Below are positions 61,386 to 64,000 of a stretch of DNA of 64,000 nucleotides, piece by piece. The stretch covers positions 4,378-68,377 of the forward strand of contig JBGUNJ010000204.1 of assembly GCA_045117315.1 (NCBI GenBank), given 5' to 3'. How positions within the stretch are numbered: position 1 is the stretch's first letter; each line of letters begins with the position of its first letter. The stretch comes from Lachnospiraceae bacterium (GTDB taxonomy: Bacteria; Bacillota; Clostridia; Lachnospirales; Lachnospiraceae). The notes beneath the pieces are model-generated. The model did not search any database, was not told the origin of the DNA, and worked only from the letters and a program-made list of their open reading frames with translations. The position numbers were made by a program, and so were the translations under genes.

Positions 61386-64000
61386 ATGAATGAAGTTACA
61401 GAAATGCGGAAAAATGAATTACAGCAAGTAGGAGAAATGCAGGTGACTACAGTTTCGGAAGAACCTGAAGTCATGGAAGCCACTCTGGAGAACAGGCTGG
61501 AAATTCTGGGGGAATGGATTCGCAAAAAATATCTGGCCAGGCTTACAGAGATGCAAATTGCTCCTCTACCGGACAATATGATTTCTCTGGAGGATGACTT
61601 GATCGATAATGTCCGTCTCTATCATATTAAGGAGATGGTCTACCAGAAGGGTGAGTCGTCTCTCGACAAGTTCACGACTGTGTTCAACAGTTTATATGCT
61701 TATGACGCGACCCTGTTTGTCATTCTCGATTCAGATGGGAAAAAGACGGACATTTATCTCGGTGTGCGAAATGACGAGATGGATATACAAAAAAAACGTT
61801 CTACTGTAACGCTCGGGGATACCCTGAAAAATGCACTGATTGGACATTTCCCCGGTGTTAAGATTGAAAATGAGGACCGTGAGCATATTCATGTGTTGTG
61901 TAAAAAAATTGAAGAGAAACACAATCTGTCTTCTGTAAGTGTGGCTGGAAACAGCAAAGGAAAAAAAGAACAGACGAATGAGCAGTTTGTACAGGGGCTT
62001 GAGAAGCTTCTTCTGTCCATGCAGGGAAAGGAATATATTGGAGTTATCATAGCGGATAAACAGTCTTCTCACGACATCGAGATTATCCGCCAGAATTATA
62101 TGGAACTGTACACCAGGCTGTCCCCGCTTCAGAAAGTGCAGACTACGGAGAGTACGAGCGAGGGAAAAACCAGAAGCCAGTCCTTTACCGAAATGACCGG
62201 CAAACAGAAGGCTGCTATGATCGGCAGTGCGCTGGCTCCTGTTTTGACAACGATCGGGGCGGCAGCTCTGGCCGGAAAAGCGGCAGCAGCTGCTGTTCAG
62301 GCCGCAAGCGGTGTTGTTGAGACCGCTGCCACTACAGTAGGTACAGAAGCTGCAAGTACTACTGCAGGAGGACTTCTCAACGCGGCTTATGGAGGTGTCG
62401 GCGGCGCTGGCCTCATGATGGTTGGCGGTCAGGTGGGAAGTCAGCTAGGCAGCCTGATCAATTCCCTGGCTCCTGTGGAGACAATTTCCGAGACCACTTC
62501 GAAATCACAGAGTTCTACTGTGGAAAATAAGGCAGTCACCGAAATGCTTCGCCGCATAGACGACATCCTGAAAAGAACGGATGAATTTGACAGCTACGGC
62601 ATGTGGAATGTGGCAGCCTATTTTATATCGGATGATATGTCCGCTGCAGAAATAGCTGCAGGCAATTATCGCTCTCTTATGAACGGAGATGAATCTGGCA
62701 GAGAGGTATCTGCAATCAATTCCTGGAGAATGAATGATCCGAATCTATCCGGCAGCTTTCAGGATCTTGTGAAGAGCCTTTCCAGATTCCGGCACCCGGC
62801 ATTTTTCTATGGATATACCGGTGAATATCGCAATATTGTCAATGCTGCGACTTACATAAGCGGAAAAGAACTGGGGTTGCATATCGGCCTGCCGCGGGCT
62901 TCTGTCCCGGGATTTCCGGTGATTGAACATGCCGAATTTGGGAAAGAAGTATATGCATATCAGCTTGAGGGGGACCAGAAGGAATCCAGGCCCGAGGACC
63001 GGATGACGCTGGGGCGTGTCTTTGATCTGGGGCAGACTACCAAAAAGACAGTCGAACTCGACAACAAAAGCCTGAACATGCACACTTTTATTACTGGCTC
63101 CACTGGTTCCGGAAAAAGCAACTCTGTCTATCAGATACTCTCTGAACTCCATCAGGATCACATTCCTTTCCTTGTCGTGGAGCCGGCAAAGGGTGAGTAT
63201 AAAGATTATTTCGGTTATCTGCCTGATGTCAATGTATATTCTACGAACCCCAATATAGCGCAGATGATCAACATCAATCCATTCAAATTTCCCGAATCTA
63301 TCCATGTACTGGAACATGTCGACGGGCTGATTGAGATTTTCGGTGTCTGCTGGCCTATGTATGATGCCATGCCTGCTTTTTTCAAAAATGCTGTTCTGCG
63401 TTCTTATGAAATGCTAGGGTGGGACCTCGGATCTTCCACATATGACGGAAACTCAAAAACGCCTGAATATCCGGATTTTGACGACCTTGCTATGCAGCTG
63501 GATGAGCTGATCGAGTATTCCGATTATGCCTCCGATATCAAATCAAATTACCGGGGGGCTCTGCTTACACGTGTGAAGTCGCTGACTGTGGGATTAAATA
63601 AATATATCTTCACATCAGAACAGACTTCCTATGAGAAGCTGTTCGATCAGAACTGCATCCTGGATATCAGCAGGGTGAAGTCTTCTGAGACTAAGGCTCT
63701 GCTCATGGGGCTGATAGTGTATATTCTGAATGAGTACAGGATTGATCAGAAGAGAGGAAGCGACGAAGATTTAAAACATGTTACTGTGCTGGAAGAAGCA
63801 CACAATCTTCTGAAAAATACAGCTGCTTCAGGAGAATCCGGTATTATTGGAAAATCCGTAGAAATGCTGACCCAGACTATTGCGGAGATTCGGACATACG
63901 GTGAAGGCTTTATTATCGTCGATCAGTCTCCCTCTTCGGTAGATATTTCAGCAATCAAGAATACAAACACCAAGATTGTCCTGCGCACGCCGGAAACCAA
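61386..64000 (+). CDS. HerA/FtsK-clade (DUF87-like) P-loop ATPase with a long N-terminal region; 3' end is outside the window
   Basis: This ORF is absent from the track because no stop is reached. My own translation from ATG 61386 is open to 64000. It contains ITGSTGSGKSN (Walker A), LVVEPAKGEY and HVTVLEEAHNLL (Walker B-like), plus a G/A-rich hydrophobic stretch at about 62220-62480. Confidence 0.75.
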   Translation, partial: MNEVTEMRKNELQQVGEMQVTTVSEEPEVMEATLENRLEILGEWIRKKYLARLTEMQIAPLPDNMISLEDDLIDNVRLYHIKEMVYQKGESSLDKFTTVFNSLYAYDATLFVILDSDGKKTDIYLGVRNDEMDIQKKRSTVTLGDTLKNALIGHFPGVKIENEDREHIHVLCKKIEEKHNLSSVSVAGNSKGKKEQTNEQFVQGLEKLLLSMQGKEYIGVIIADKQSSHDIEIIRQNYMELYTRLSPLQKVQTTESTSEGKTRSQSFTEMTGKQKAAMIGSALAPVLTTIGAAALAGKAAAAAVQAASGVVETAATTVGTEAASTTAGGLLNAAYGGVGGAGLMMVGGQVGSQLGSLINSLAPVETISETTSKSQSSTVENKAVTEMLRRIDDILKRTDEFDSYGMWNVAAYFISDDMSAAEIAAGNYRSLMNGDESGREVSAINSWRMNDPNLSGSFQDLVKSLSRFRHPAFFYGYTGEYRNIVNAATYISGKELGLHIGLPRASVPGFPVIEHAEFGKEVYAYQLEGDQKESRPEDRMTLGRVFDLGQTTKKTVELDNKSLNMHTFITGSTGSGKSNSVYQILSELHQDHIPFLVVEPAKGEYKDYFGYLPDVNVYSTNPNIAQMININPFKFPESIHVLEHVDGLIEIFGVCWPMYDAMPAFFKNAVLRSYEMLGWDLGSSTYDGNSKTPEYPDFDDLAMQLDELIEYSDYASDIKSNYRGALLTRVKSLTVGLNKYIFTSEQTSYEKLFDQNCILDISRVKSSETKALLMGLIVYILNEYRIDQKRGSDEDLKHVTVLEEAHNLLKNTAASGESGIIGKSVEMLTQTIAEIRTYGEGFIIVDQSPSSVDISAIKNTNTKIVLRTPET

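Noticed and set aside
61358-63317. Minus-strand ORFs 61358-61576, 61731-62072 and 62745-63317 listed in the track
   Set aside because: The plus-strand frame from ATG 61386 stays open to the window end and carries Walker A/B motifs. The minus-strand ORFs are shadows. The true gene is missing from the track only because it has no stop codon within the window.
29425-64000. Search for integrase, transposase, tRNA or att-like direct repeats bounding the A+T-rich blocks
   Set aside because: I recognised none by eye in any frame. Absence cannot be proven without computational repeat and tRNA scans, so I made no mobile-element call.

Overview
The window looks like a Firmicutes/Clostridia-type chromosome segment. 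That assignment rests only on gene content and GGAGG-type ribosome binding sites. All family names come from motifs I recognise by eye; no searches were run.

**Composition blocks**
- 1-29.4 kb is G+C-rich and carries ordinary genes: two VanY-like peptidases, a CBS-domain DHH pyrophosphatase, Hsp33, an NSS transporter, VanZ, a UvrA paralog, a Gfo/Idh/MocA oxidoreductase, a peroxiredoxin, a phosphomannose-isomerase-like protein, a CpsB-type phosphatase, a GNAT and an amino-acid ABC transporter.
- Almost every intergenic gap in this block holds short imperfect tandem duplications.
- At about 29.45 kb the sequence turns sharply A+T-rich and stays so to about 50.9 kb.
- 51-54 kb is G+C-rich again (leucine-rich-repeat protein plus patatin). 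54-64 kb is A+T-rich again.

**Main candidate system (29.45-50.9 kb island)**
- The island reads as a defence island. It holds an HNH endonuclease, a small SAM methyltransferase and a nuclease-SF2 helicase.
- A decayed restriction-enzyme (type III Res-like) 3' remnant follows.
- The strongest candidate for an undescribed system is a tightly coupled three-gene operon at 36112-48188. It encodes a 1241-aa RecD-like SF1 helicase with a C-terminal PD-(D/E)xK nuclease, a 1201-aa SNF2 helicase, and a 1570-aa protein with two sacsin/MORC-like GHKL ATPase modules.
- A macro-domain gene paired with an unknown 233-249 aa gene lies just downstream.

**Second candidate (54-64 kb block)**
- Zinc-ribbon membrane proteins are followed by a probable operon at 56912 to beyond 64000.
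- That operon encodes a multi-zinc-ribbon protein, a GTPase with a DUF697-like membrane tail, a 551-aa P-loop-less protein, and a HerA/DUF87-like ATPase that runs off the window.

I found no rRNA, tRNA, CRISPR array, integrase or transposase.
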